The notes beneath the pieces are model-generated. The model was not told the DNA's origin. It searched no databases and saw nothing but the letters and a program-made list of their open reading frames with translations. Positions 39,420 through 53,965 of a stretch of DNA of 64,000 bases are shown piece by piece. This stretch comes from Eledone cirrhosa. Lineage: Eukaryota. The DNA is taken from the NCBI GenBank assembly GCA_964016885.1, contig OZ024745.1:75950001-76014000 (forward strand), written 5' to 3'. Made by a program: the position numbers and the translations under genes. Positions within the stretch are counted from its first letter, which is position 1. The number at the start of each line of letters is the position of its first letter.

Positions 39420-41560
39420 TCATCATCATTTTTATATCCATTTTTCCATGTTTGCATCCCTGCATTTGTCTCTTCCCTCTGTCATCTCCTTTGCAAGGTT
39501 TAACATTCTGAGATCAGCTTTCATTGCTTCTACCCATGTCTTCTTCAGCCTGCCTCTACTAAATTTTGCTTCTACATGGAATTTCTGTTGCTTCTTCATC
39601 CAATGATTATCATCCATCTTTTCTCTCGTACACTATATCTAATTCTTCATATACCTAGTTTTTCTCTCAACTCACCTATGCTTCATCATTTATGCTCACT
39701 AACATTACAATGGAACATTTCTTTCCAGCCTTTGCATATCCCCTGTATTCAATGCCAATGTCAGATTGGCAGTATCGGTAGAGTGTCAGACATCATGCTT
39801 TACAGCATAGAGTTATGGCCCTGAGTTCGAATCCTGCCGAGGTTAACTTTGATTTCATCTTTACGGGGTCAATAAAATAAAGCACCAGTAATGCACTGGG
39901 ATAATTGCTGGCCTTGGACCAAAAGTAGAGACAATTATACTCCGATATAGGCATCATACAATATATTCTGCACTCAGAGAGAATTCCTTTACTGCCAAAT
40001 GAGTTAGTAGTTCCCGGAAATGTTTTCATCTTGTTTCTATGCTTTTGGAACATCTTCCTCCACTTCTAATTAGATCACCTAGATAATAGAAGCTATCACC
40101 TACATCTGTTGAGCCTTCCTTAGAGCACTGGTGCTCTTACCACACAAAATCTCTTTTCTCTGTTAGCTTGCTTGTAATATCACTATACAATGGATACACT
40201 GTATGCAGTTTCTTTCTACATTTTTTCTGTATATCAAACATGGCTCTTTTCCTGAAAGCAGAAAATATTGTTTTATTTTCTACTTTCTAAAATTATAATT
40301 ATTGCTATGTTTAATTTGAAGCCTTTTAATTCAAGATTTTTTATCAATGCCTGGAATTTCTTCCCCAAAATTTTCAAAGGTTATCGGCCCACATGAGTTC
40401 TCATGGACAGCCACTCATCAATTCCTGTTATGATTTGGAGAACTATAATAAACAGGAGCTGTCTGAGAACTGAGCCTTGATAGGCATCAACCTACACACT
40501 GTATTCCTCACTAAACTCATTGTCTACTCTCAATTTGCTAAAAGAATCTCTGTACATAGCTTGCACTGGACTCACAAGCCATTCATCTACACTAGTGATT
40601 CCAAACATGGGGTACACACTCCACAAAGGGCAATTTGAATATTCAAGGGGGCCATTAGAAAATGATGTTACTGAGAACAAGTTTCAGCTTTTACTTTATT
40701 ACTTTTACACCAAGGCAATTTTGGTACACATTACTGTCAGAAACTCCTGTCTCACTTCCTCCATATGTTATTGTGCATCTAGCACCACCTACACCAATAT
40801 GTTAACACTTTGCAGTTGATCATTTCTGTTTTCATAAAAATGAGTGGGGGGGCAATAACAAATTTTGAAATGTTGAGGTGGGGCATGGTGCACAAAAGGT
40901 TGGGAACCACTGATCTACACTTATTTTTTTTTTAAAGACCCCATATAAGACGATGTTGTCTTTCATACACTAGCAGCTGTTAATTAAGCAAGCACTAATG
41001 AACTGTAATGTCAGTGACATGTTTGTATTCACCATTTTTACTGTGATACTGAAGTAACCGTGACAACTTAAAATACCACAAGATCAACAATCAATCATGT
41101 TAAGACTGTTACATTAAAAATCTGATCTATCAATTTAATGCTTCTATTATTCTTTCCTAGAGCATCACCTTTGCTCTTGATAACACTGCTATACCAGTCA
41201 TTGAATATAACACTATCTTGTACTATCTTGTTGACTATGTGAATGACTTACACAAGTTAGATATTTTCAGCAGTTAGATATTTACCCATGATGGTTGGGC
41301 AGCTTTGCTTTTGTTCATATTCTTAATGGTCTCTTTGACCATGTAACTGTCAACTTCATTAGCTGGCCCTTCTGTTAAGTCTATTGAGGAATAGTCCCTC
41401 TTCCTGCCACCCATTCTGTACACTCAACAACCTTTCATAATAACATTTTCAAGCCTTTTTCTTCTGAGCAACGGCGAGACTAAATGCATCAGTGTCATTC
41501 CAAACACGCACCTTTCATAACATCTTGATTCACACTGATTCTAAACATTTCTCAATTCTA
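39420..41560 (-). mobile_element. Scattered decayed RTE LINE fragments (interrupted by a SINE and a hAT end at about 40894-40912)
   Basis: RGRLKKTWVEAMKADL; VDEWLV..VQAMYRD; same family as 35200-36700. Confidence 0.65.
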
Positions 41561-41814
41561 AGCATTTGCAAACCTCATAATTTTAGTTTCTCTCTGTGAA
41601 AGTAAATCGAGATTCTCTTCTAGCTACTTGATATTGTTTTTTGCTGATTCCTCGTTTCCAGTCTTTCTCTGCCTGCCTTTTAGCTTTTATGACTTTATTT
41701 TTAGTACTGACTGGCACATTGCTCTTGCCAATGATCTCATTAGTAGCTCTCAAAAGATTGTCTTGAAGAAACTTTTAATACTTCTTTATGTCCTATGTAT
41801 CTATCTCCTTGTGT

Positions 41815-42675
41815 GTTCCGGAAATCTGAGAGAGTGTTACCTTCTGGAGCTTTGCTCCTGGTAGGGCCACCCTAGATGGGGCTGGTCTCTTGGGGAGGTT
41901 CCAGACCAACAGTGACCCATGGCATATCAGTTCACTGCCAAGATGGCAGCCCCATCATCTGACTATTCTGCAGAGGGCCAACACCCCGCCCAGAAGAACC
42001 ATCAACCTGTTACGACATCCTTGAATCTATATGTAGTTGAATCTATATTTAATTTTCATACTTTCCTTCTCCAAAGTGTCTTGTATCTCAAATTCCATAC
42101 AGCTCTTACTCTGTTCTTGCTAATACCTAGTCAATGTTGGGTGGTACAATCTTCTATTGTAAAAAATTTAGTATTTACAACCATCTATCAACCCCATTTT
42201 CTGATGAGTATGAAGTCGATTTGGTTTGCATGTTTACCTTATTGGTAGGTGCTCAAGTATCTGGTTTGTTTCCTGAAATCAGTATTGCAGATGATTTGGT
42301 CATTTGCATCATAGAATTCTAGATGTTTTTATTCTACAAGCCACACCCATAATCACCATGTACTCCAGAATAGCCATCTTAGAGCTGTCCAACAACTCCA
42401 TTAAAGTTGTCAGCCATGATACTATGGGCATGTGGTTAGAATGTCTCAGGAAAGAATCGCTGGACAGATTTTACAGGCAAAACCCACCAGCAGGAGACCC
42501 AGAGCAAGATGGTTGGATGACATCAATGAGCTTGGCTGGTCAAGCTTGGGGATCCAGCCGGATCAGTTGGAGATGGTTTCTTTTGAAAGGACCCACTGGA
42601 AGGAGAGATTGAGGAGTCTGCTCCCATGACCCTCTCAGGATTAAGTGGGCAAGGAAGAAGTAAAAGAGAAGAAGA
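41815..42675 (+). mobile_element. RTE-type element: 5' leader (41815-41990) and 3' end (42400-42675)
   Basis: GCTCCTGGTAGGGCCACCC leader motif; RRPRARWLDDINELGWSSLGI C-terminus; GAA-rich tail. Confidence 0.6.
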
Positions 42676-43202
42676 TTATAAAATCTCTCTCATATAGAAA
42701 TGATCCTTTTGCCCATTAGTTAGTCCTGATCATGCATAGGCTTAGATAACAGTTGATGCATTGTCCAAGCTTGATAATTCTGTCACGTATATTGAGCAAC
42801 TCAGTTGCTTTTTTATTCAATTCTTAATTAACAGTACACTAAGCCTTTTTATCACCATTGTTACCTACCCCAAGAGTTTATATCTGTGTTCATTGCCTAT
42901 AAATAGTCTGGTTGATTCTCCGCTCCAGCTAACTTTTTTAATACTGCACAAATATACTCAACTCTGCTCTAGCATCTCCACAATTTAACCAGACCTATCT
43001 TTTATAATGCAACATTAGCCCTGAAATTTGTTACCCAACAAGAATGAGATATTCAGTGGCTGTGTGTCATCTTTTGAACTTTTTTTCCACACTGGAAGTA
43101 TTCAATTGCTTGAATATGGTTGAGGGGTTCTGTGCATGGAGACACTATGTGTAGCATTAACATGGCTAGTGCTAGCTTTGCATATGCAGTTAAAGTTTAT
43201 CA

Positions 43203-43497
43203 TTTCTGTACTAAAAGTCTGTCTTAAGCCAGAAACCTCGTTAGGCTGGTGTTTATCCTGGTTTCATGGCATGAAGCGACTGAGAGTACAAGACTTCCCC
43301 CTGGACAGGATGCCAGTCCATTGCAGGGTTAAACCTCCAGGTATTGCTGGTACTCATTTTCAGCTGAGGATACTGGAGCAGTGTGAAATGAAGTGTTTTG
43401 CTCAAGAATACAACATGCAACCCATCCCAGGAATTAAATCCATGACATTATGATCATAAGTCCAACACCCTTACCACTAGGCCATGCACCTCCACAT
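43203..43497 (-). mobile_element. SINE family B
   Basis: Homologous to 806-1052 and 28618-28900. Confidence 0.85.
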
Positions 43498-44819
43498 CAT
43501 ATCTGTATGGTTCATATATTTTTGCATAGGTTTACTGGCTAGATGTTCTTCCTATCAGCAACTACTTTACAACATAGATTAGATATATTTTATTGTTCCA
43601 GCATCATTAAAGAAGTTATCTATCAGGATTGAAATATCCTCTTTACACTGTGTCAGTTTCTATACAGAATTACTGCTTTCTTTAATGGACACTTACTGCA
43701 GCATATGAATCCATGTCACTTCCACACAAATATTTATTCAGTTACTGCTCATCTAGACAGGTTTCCTTCACTGTGGTGTTACATAATCTACTTCCCTATT
43801 TAGACAATAAGTCCATTACTAGAGAGGGACACAGATAAAAAGATAAGGTGTGCTATTTATCTTATATAATTTGATTGTAGTTGTTACAATGATTTGCCAC
43901 TGTATGCACATTGTTTCCTCTATCATTTCTGTGTTTTCTGTCAACACAAATAATTAATTCTTGAGTCAATGTTCAGCTTGTAATATAAAAACATCTGTTA
44001 TATATATTAATAATGGAGCTCAGATAAATTTTTTTTTTACTTCTTGTTTTTTAAAAAAAATGTTATCTTTGTGTTAAGAGAATAATTTTTATCTTCGCTA
44101 TTTTCTAATTATTATTTATCTATAGGGCGGGGGATTGGCAGTATCGGTAGAGAGTCGGACGCCATGCTTTCCAGCATAGTTACGTCTCTTTACAGTCTCA
44201 GTTCAAATCCCGCCGAGGTTTACTTTGCCTTTCATCCTTACGGGGTCAATAAAATAAAGTACCAGTAATGCACTGGGTAACTGCTGGCCTTGTGCCTAAA
44301 GTAGAAACAATTATTTATCTGTTCTCTACCACCAAATTCATGCTGTTTACCAAGTTTACTAACACGATTCTTAAACTAAAGCTTAACAATACACATTCAT
44401 AACTACTTTTGTGGGTTATACTACACACACACACATATATATATATATATCACAAGGGTAAATATTCAAGTAAATGAAGAGTTGTGTAAAGGAAGAGCAT
44501 GTAGTTTCACAATAAATAAGATAAAATGAATCTTCTCATCTCTGGTATAATATGTAAAAGTAGTTAAAAATCCATCTTCATGTAAGTAAATTTGACAAGG
44601 ACAATATCAATGTACAATTTGATTGCTATATTGATAAATTCTACTCACAATTAGGTTGAAAAAAAAAATTTATCCAATATTACTATTTCAGTGAAAACTG
44701 CTTTCATAAAAATTTAACCCTTTAGAATTTACACCCATGTTCTAACATCTGCACCCATGTTCTCACATCTGCCTTCAATGTGAATGTAACTGCAAAGGTG
44801 ATTTCTATTCAACAGTTGG

Positions 44820-45108
44820 TGAAAAAACATGGCTTCTGGTAGATTCCTCATCTATGATGCCACATGTTGTGACACATTCTCCTCTTCCAACTTAGTCACT
44901 TTGGCCACAAACTCTGGTACTGTGGCCTGCCATGCAGAGGAAAGGAAGACAAACAACACTACGGCGCCCTAGGCCTAGAGCCCATCACCCCTCCCCCTAC
45001 CATTATTCTGTGATCCTCGAGTCCTTGACTTTCCATTCCTTATCCATTTTCATAACCTAAAAAACACTTGCATTTTTTACAATAAAACATTTCTGTAAAA
45101 AAAAAAAT
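44820..45108 (+). mobile_element. CRE-derived short element with poly(A); second copy at 63100-63290
   Basis: SGRFLIYDATCCDTF..GTVACHAEERK endonuclease remnant, shared 3' tail, then AATAAA and an A-run. Confidence 0.7.
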
Positions 45109-45198
45109 AATTACGTTGATAAGCGAATGTTATTGCCAGGAATATGGTACAAGTGAATGGATGTCGACACAAATGTACATTTGATCTTCATCAGCAAC

Positions 45199-48100
45199 TA
45201 TACCAAAGACACTACAGTAATGATATACCAAAGACACTACAGTTATGATATACCAAAGACACTACAGTAATGATATACCAAAGACACTACAGTAATGATA
45301 TACCAAAGACACTACAGTAATGATATACCAAAGACACTACAGTAATGATATACCAAAGACACTACAGTAATGATATACCAAAGACACTACAGTAATGATA
45401 TACCAAAGACACTACAGTAATGATATACAAAAGACACTACAGTAATGATATACCAAAGACACTACAGTAATGATATACCAAAGACACTACAGTTATGATA
45501 TACCAAAGACACTACAGTAATGATATACCAAAGGCACTACAGTTATGATATACCAAAGACACTACAGTAATGATATACCAAAGACACTACAGTTATGATA
45601 TACCAAAGACACTACAGTAATGATATACCAAAGGCACTACAGTTATGATATACCAAAGACACTACAGTAATGATATACCAAAGACACTGAAGTTATGATA
45701 TACCAAAGGCACTACAGTAATGATATACCAAAGGCACTACAGTAATGATATACCAAAGACACTACAGTAATGATATACCAAAGACACTACAGTAATGATA
45801 TACCAAAGACACTACAGTAATGATATACCAAAGACACTACAGTAATGATATACCAAAGACACTATAGTAATGATATACCAAAGACACTACAGCAATGATA
45901 TACCAAAGACACTACAGTAATGATATACCAAAGACACTGAAGTAATGATATACCAAAGACACTACAGTAATGATATACCAAAGACACTACAGTAATGATA
46001 TACCAAAGACACTACAGCAATGATATACCAAAGACACTACAGTAATGATATACCAAAGACACTGAAGTAATGATATACCAGAGACACTACAGTAATGATA
46101 TACCAAAGACACTATAGTAATGATATACCAAAGACACTACAGCAATGATATACCAAATACACTACAGTAATGATATACCAAAGACACTGAAGTAATGATA
46201 TACCAAAGACACTACAGTAATGATATACCAAAGACACTGAAGTAATGATATACCAAAGACACTACAGTAATGATATACCAAAGACACTACAGTAATGATA
46301 TACCAAAGACACTACAGCAATGATATACCAAAGACACTACAGTAATGATATACCAAAGACACTGAAGTAATGATATACCAAAGACACTACAGTAATGATA
46401 TACCAAAGACACTACAGTAATGATATACCAAAGACATTACAGTAATGATAAACCAAAGACACTGAAGTAATGATATACCAAAGACACTGAAGTAATGATA
46501 TACCAAAGACACTGAAGTAATGATATACCAAAGACACTACAGTAATGATATACCAAAAACACTGAAGTAATGATATACCAAAGACACTACAGTAATGATA
46601 TACTAAAGACGCTGCAGTAATGATATACCAAAGACACTATAGTAATGATATACCAAAGACATTACAGTAATGATATACCAAAGACACTACAGTAATTCTA
46701 TACCAAAGACATTACAGTAATGATATACCAAACACATTACAGTTATGATATACCAAAGTCACTACAGTTGTGATATACCAAAGACACTACAGTAATTCTA
46801 TACCAAAGACATTACAGTTATGATATACCAAGGATAATACAGTAATGATATACCAAAGACACTATAGTAATGATATACCAAAGACACTACAGTAATGATA
46901 TACCAAAGACACTACAGCAATGATATACCAAAGACACTGAAGTAAGGATATACCAAAGACACTACAGCAATGATATACCAAAGACACTACAGCAATGATA
47001 TACCAAAGACATTACAGTAATGATATACCAAAGACACTACAGTAATGATATACCAAAGATACTACAGTTATGATATACCAAAGACATTACAGTAATGATA
47101 TACCAAAGACACTGAAGTAAGGATATACCAAAGACACTACAGCAATGATATACCAAAGACACTGAAGTAAGGATATACCAAAGACACCACAGCAATGATA
47201 TACCAAAGACACTACAGTAATGATATACCAAAGTCATTACATTTATGATATACCAAAGACACTACAGTAATGATATACCAAAGACATTACAGTAGTGATA
47301 TACTAAAGACACTGAAGTAAGGATATACCAAAGACACTACAGTAATGATATACCAAAGACACTACAGTAATGATATACCAAAGACACTACAGTTATGATA
47401 TACCAAAGACACTATAGTAATGATATACCAAAGACACTGAAGTAATGATATACCAAAGACATTACAGTAATGCTATACCAAAGATACTACAGTAATGATA
47501 TACCAAAGATACTACAGTTATGATATACCAAAGACACTACAGTAATGCTATACCAAACCCATTACAGTTATGATATACCAAAGACACTATAGTAATGATA
47601 TACCAAAGACACTACAGTAATGATATACCAAAGACACTACAGTAATGATATACCAAAGACACTACAGTTATGATATACCAAAGACACTATAGTAATGATA
47701 TGCCAAAGACACTACAGTAATGATATACCAAAGACACTACAGTTATGATATACCAAAGACACTACAGTAATTCTATACCAAAGACATTACAGTAATGATA
47801 TACCAAAGACACTACAGTAATGATATACCAAAGACACTACAGTAATGATATACCAAATACACTACAGTTATGATATACCAAAGACACTATAGTAATGATA
47901 TACCAAAGACACTACAGTAATGATATACCAAAGTCATTACAGTTATGATATACCAAAGACACTACAGTAATTCTATACCAAAGACACTACAGTAATGATA
48001 TACCAAAGACAGTACAGTAATGATATACCAAAGACATTACAGTTATGATATACCAAAGACACTACAGTTATGATATACCAAAGACACTACAGTAATTCTA

Positions 48101-48870
48101 TACCAAAGACATTACAGTAATGATATACCAAAGACACTACAGTTATGATATACCAAAGATAATACAGTTATGATATACCAAAGATACTACAGTTGTGATA
48201 TACCAAAGACACTACAGTAATGATATACCAAAGACACTACAGCAATGATATACCAAAGACACTACAGTAATGATATACCAAAGACACTACAGTAATGATA
48301 TACCAAAGACACTACAGTTATGATATACCAAAGACACTATAGTAATGATATACCAAAGACACTACAGTAATGATATACCAAAGTTATTACAGTTATGATA
48401 TACCAAAGACACTACAGTAATTCTATACCAAAGACACTACAGTAATGATATACCAAAGACACTACAGTAATGATATACCAAAGACACTACAGTTATGATA
48501 TACCAAAGACACTACAGTTATGATATACCAAAGACACTACAGTAATTCTATACCAAAGACATTACAGTAATGATATACCAAAGACACTACAGTTATGATA
48601 TACCAAAGATAATACAGTTATGATATACCAAAGACACTACAGTTGTGATATACCAAAGACACTACAGTAATGATATACCAAAGACACTACAGTAATGATA
48701 TACCAAAGATACAACAGTTATGATATACCAAAGACACTACAGCAATGATATACCAAAGACACTACAGTAATGATATACCAAAGACACTACAGTAATGATA
48801 TACCAAAGACACTACAGTTATGATATACCAAAGACACTACAGTTATGATATACCAAAGACACTACAGTAA
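45199..48870. repeat. 25-bp satellite (TACCAAAGACACTACAGTAATGATA), about 147 copies; about 2 more units at 54538-54590
   Basis: Head-to-tail units, substitutions only. Confidence 0.99.
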
Positions 48871-49114
48871 TCTATATATCTAAAACAGAGAATGTCTGTC
48901 TGTCAGCTCACTAAAACTCGAGAACAACCCAACCGATTGTTTTCAAACTTTACACATGTAATACTTATGGTCCTAGGGACCGCATTAGGCGAATTAGCGA
49001 TCTCTCTCCCCCTCTCTTAGTCTTTCCTTTTAGATAGATGCATAGATATAACGTCACGCCCTTATAATGTCTGTCTGTATGTCTGGCTGTCTGCATTACG
49101 ATATTATGACACTA

Positions 49115-49183
<69 letters not shown>

Positions 49184-49346
49184 TGTGTGTATATATATAG
49201 TGTGTAACGTTTTTCGAAATATTTACTTCTGCGTTGTACAGATTGATTTTTTTTAGTTTCAGAAGATCCCGTTAAGGGTGAAAGCAGCGATTCTTTGCTT
49301 AAACTTTAATCTGTTATTTTAATATATATATATATATATATATACA

Positions 49347-52300
49347 CAATGATATTAAATAAATGGAAACTATATTTATAAAACCATATTTATTTTATTA
49401 TATATATTTCAAGGGTATCAAGACACATTGGTACGCTTTCATCAGATAAAATACAAAGTTTGTTTTATAAATAGAGACATACCCATGAAAATCATACCTT
49501 ATCGGTTGGATATTCACTGGATAGTGGAAATATAATAGGGATTTTTCAAACTTATGTGTGATTATGCAAATGAATATGTAAATAATTGAAAAACAACCCT
49601 TTATTTAAACGACTATGGAGATAGAGAGAGAAGAGATAAGAGGAGGATAAAATAGTGCAAGAGAGAGAGAGAGAGAGAAGAAAGAAACAAGAGAAGATGA
49701 ATAAAAACTCATATAATGTTAATTTGAGGGAAATATATTCTAAGTATATATCTTAATAGTACGTGTATTTACGATTATTAGTTGTTTAAGATTTGTTTAT
49801 AATATAATATTTTTCTTCTGTTATAAGTAGATAAATAAATAGATGGGTATATCATGTTATAGATAATTGTTCTAATGAGTTATGAAGGATATTGGTTTTT
49901 GTATTTAATGTAAATAAATATTAAGTTAAATTAAATTAAATTAACTGCGTTAATAAGAATATTTCTATGATTTAAAATGGGAAGATACGGAAAAAACTCC
50001 GGTTTAATTTATTTATTCGTTAGTGTGAAACTATTTAGTCAAAATAAGTATAGATGTTGAAAATACATTTAGCCAGAATCAGTTAGTGGTTATAAATCTA
50101 TTGAAAAATATTGAAAAAATATTGATAAAGTATTGAAAAAATAATGAAAAGTATTGAAAACATATTGAAAAATTTGAGAAAATTATTTAGAAAAAATAAT
50201 TTATAAGAGATAAGTAATTTTTAAAGAAATAAAAATTAAAGAAATAAAAATAAAGAAATAAAAATTATTAAATTTAAAATTAAAATAAAAAAAAAAGTGA
50301 ATTATATACGTATATATTTTATGAAACTTTAAGAAGTGGAATTACAGCAAATGTTATAGATATTATGATTTAGAGATATCAATATATTAAAACCAAGTGG
50401 ATGAGATTGTTATGGAAATAAGTATATAGTTCTAAATGTTGAATTCTGGCGATCATCTACAAGAATTAAATAAATTCGTTCTTAGATCTTAAATTTAAAA
50501 AATTTCCTCAATACACAATTTGCAGAATCTAGATAAAGCTGTGTTTCGGTAGGCGGGTGCTTCTGAAACTGTTTCCCAAGTTAATGAAAAGTCCATATTC
50601 TTGCATTTTAAGTTCCATATCAGGTTTGAAAGAGAAGTTGAAGATTTTTTATCAAATCTTCAGAAAGAGCAATTGTGGTTATTCCAGTGACTTTTAAATT
50701 CTGTGGAAGTTGCACCGACATAGTTAAATATATTATCACTGGTTTTAACTGTATATTTATAGACCACGTTTTTATCTAAACACTTATTTTGTAAAGGACA
50801 GTTTGATTTAATTCTACAGTTACATTTTGTGGAGTTGTTGTTGTTCGGAACGGTACTATTATGTTGGATATTGCTAGAGATATTACTACTATTTTGGTTA
50901 TTTTGGTTACGGTTTAAATTTCTATTATTAATTCTATTTATATTTTGTGCTATGTTCATAGTAGTAGAGTAGGATAGTTTTATAGTATGTCTGTTAAAGA
51001 TTGAGTGGTATCTGGGCTTTAGGAAAACATTTATCTAGCGCTTTAAAGAATAGCTTTGCTAAAGGTGTTTTTACGCTTAATGAGAATGGGGGTGAGTACC
51101 AAATAATATTTCTAGTTCTAGTTCTTCTGTTAGTTTTAGAGTTTAAGTTAAATTTTTTTAATTATTATTACAATTAATAGGGTTATTTGCCTTATTTCTG
51201 TTGTCGATGTATTTAATCTTATTTATATAGCCTGCTCTATTTAAAGCTTCATCATAATATTCTGCCTTATCGTCAAAAATGTTTTTATAAGCGGAGATGC
51301 GTGAAATCCGGTGTTGGACAGAATTGACGATAGTGTTCTTGATAGATCTAGGAGGATTAGAGTTAAAACTTACATAGTTTAGATTCTCATTAATTTTATG
51401 GAATGGATAGTAGAGCCCTGTATTAAGGTTTAATGTTACGTCTAAAAAGTTAACAATTTTATAGTTATCCTCTATTTCTAACTTAAGGTTGTAGCTATTG
51501 AAGAATTGTATTATGAATTTTCTTTTCCTATTAATTTCACAATTATTATGATTTTCAATTAAAAGCAGCATATCATCACGATATAAACCACCGGTCATCT
51601 CTGGTATTTTTTTATGCAGTGTATTATTAATAAATAGCCCCACAAGATCCGTTATTTGCGCCGAGTCAGATGATCCCATGCTGATATCAAAATTATTTTT
51701 TCTATCGGCTCTTGTCCAGAGATGATTGTTGAATTCAATTAAAGTTTTCCGTGCAGTTAAAATGATATGCATTTCTTCGCTAGATAAATCTGTATGTTTA
51801 GATGCATAGATAAGAGCTTTATTAAGTAAATTAGGAGTAATGGAGGAGTAGTAGTTTGCAATATCCATTTGAATGAATTTTTTGTTATGTTTAAATGTTA
51901 TGTTATTGAACTAATCTATAACCTCGTTAGTACCGTTCCATAGTTTTAGGTAAGATATTTCTTTAAGTTGCGGTATGATTCTATCTAATATATGTTTACT
52001 AACAAATGCCTAAGTCTGATTTAGATGGTGCTATAAGTCTGACTGGTAGTTCTATTTCAAAGTTTCTTTTGTGGTCTTTCAGGTTAATTTTCGGTCTTCT
52101 AGGTATAAAGGGTTCGGTCCTATTTTCGATGCCTAATTTATGAATTATTTCAGAAGTTTCTCTATTTAACATTTCAAGATCTTCATTAGTTGTTATTTTG
52201 TAGTTTTTCCTTAGTTCTTTCAATATAAGATTATTGTATTCGTCCTTTTGCATTCCGCACAGATTGTTAGTTTTGTCAGATTTTACCAGGATCTTCTCAG

Positions 52301-52458
52301 TTTTGTCAAGATTGTCTATATTATTCTTGAGGCCTTTAAGCTATTCTTGGCCTACAAATTGTTTTTTCTTGAATTTGATGTTTTGTATAATCGATATTAT
52401 TTCATTTTCAAATTCCATTAATAGTTTGTTGTTAGGTAGATTTTTCTTGGATTTGAAC
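49347..52458 (-). mobile_element. Penelope-like retroelement, 5'-truncated: RT, GIY-YIG endonuclease and 3' UTR (disrupted)
   Basis: KSDKTNN, DIANYY, FDISMGSSDSAQITDLVG, LYRDD and VNFLDVTLNL RT motifs; CNCRIKSNCPL and VVY..YVG..FK endonuclease; in-frame stops. Confidence 0.93.
49391..49453 (-). ncRNA. Type I hammerhead ribozyme (Penelope-associated)
   Basis: UAUUUUAU-CUGAUGA-[AAGCGUACCAA..UUGAUACCCUU]-GAAA-UAUAUA-UA-AUAAAAUA: 8-bp stem I, intact core, palindromic helix III. Confidence 0.8.
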
Positions 52459-53927
52459 TATTTGGTACTCACCCCCATTCTCATTAAGCGTAAAAACACC
52501 TTTAGCAAAGCTATTCTTTAAAGCACTAGATAAATGTTTTCCTAAAGCCCACAGATACCACTCAATCTTTAACAGACATACTATAAAACTATCCTACTCT
52601 ACTACTATGAACATAACACAAAATATAAATAGAATTAATAATAGAAATTTAAACCTTAACCAAAATAACCAAAATAGCAGTAATATCTCTAGCAATATCC
52701 AACATAATAGTACCGTTCCGAACAACAACAACAACTCCACAAAATGTAACTGTAGAATTGAATCAAACTGTCCTTTACAAAATAAGTGTTTAGATAAAAA
52801 CGTGGTCTATAAATGTACAGTTAAAACTAGTGATAATATATTTAACTATGTCGGTGCAACTTCTACAGAATTTAAAAGTCGCTGGAATAACCACAATTGC
52901 CCTTTCCGAAGATTTGATAAAAAATCTTCAACTTCTCTTTCAAACCTGATATGGAACTTAAAATGCAAGAATATGGACTATTCATTAGCTTGGGAAACAG
53001 TTTCAGAAGCACCCGCCTACCGAAACACAGCTTTATCTAGATTCTGCAAATTGTGTATTGAGGAAATTTTTACATACTTTTACATACTATAAAAACTCTA
53101 TTAATCTAAGAACGAATTTATTTAATTCTTGTAGACATCGCCAGAATTCAACATTTAGAACTATATATAACTTATAATTATACTTATAATATTTCTACTT
53201 ATTTCCATAACAATCTCATCCACTTGGTTTTAATATATTGATATCTCTAAATCATAATATCTATAACATTTGCTGTAATTCCACTTCTTAAAGTTTCATA
53301 AAATATATACGTATATAATTCTCTTTTTTTTAATAATTTTTATTCCTTTATCTTTATTTCTTTAATTTTTATTTCTTTAAAAATTACTTATCTCTTATAA
53401 ATTATTTTTTAAAAATAATTTTCTCAAATTTTTCAATATTTTTTCAATACTTTATCAATATCTTTTCAATGTTTTTCAATAGATTTATAACCACTAACTG
53501 ATTCTGGCTAAATGTATTTTCAACATCTATACTTATTTTGACTAAATAGTCTCACACTAACGAATAAATAAATTAAACCGGAGTTTTTTCCGTATCTTCC
53601 CATTTTAAATCATATAAATATAAATATTCTTATTAGCGCAGTTAATTTAATTTAATTTAACTTAATATTTATTTACATTAAATACAAAACCAATATCCCT
53701 CATAACTCATTAGAACAATTATCTATAACATGATATACCCATCTATTTATTTATTTATTTATTTAACTATTTATTTATTTATCTACTTATAACAGAAGAA
53801 AAATATATTATAAACAAATTTTAACAACTAATAATCGTAAAGACACGTACTATTAAAATATATACTTAGAATATATTTCCCTCAAATTAACGTTATATGA
53901 GTTTTTATTCATCTTCTCTTGTTTCTT

Positions 53928-53965
<38 letters not shown>

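Noticed and set aside
45150-45200. CTGATGA hammerhead-like core on the minus strand next to the satellite start
   Set aside because: GACA replaces GAAA and there is no convincing stem I.
45199-48870. CRISPR-like regular array
   Set aside because: Units are head-to-tail with no unique spacers, there are no cas genes, and the context is eukaryotic.
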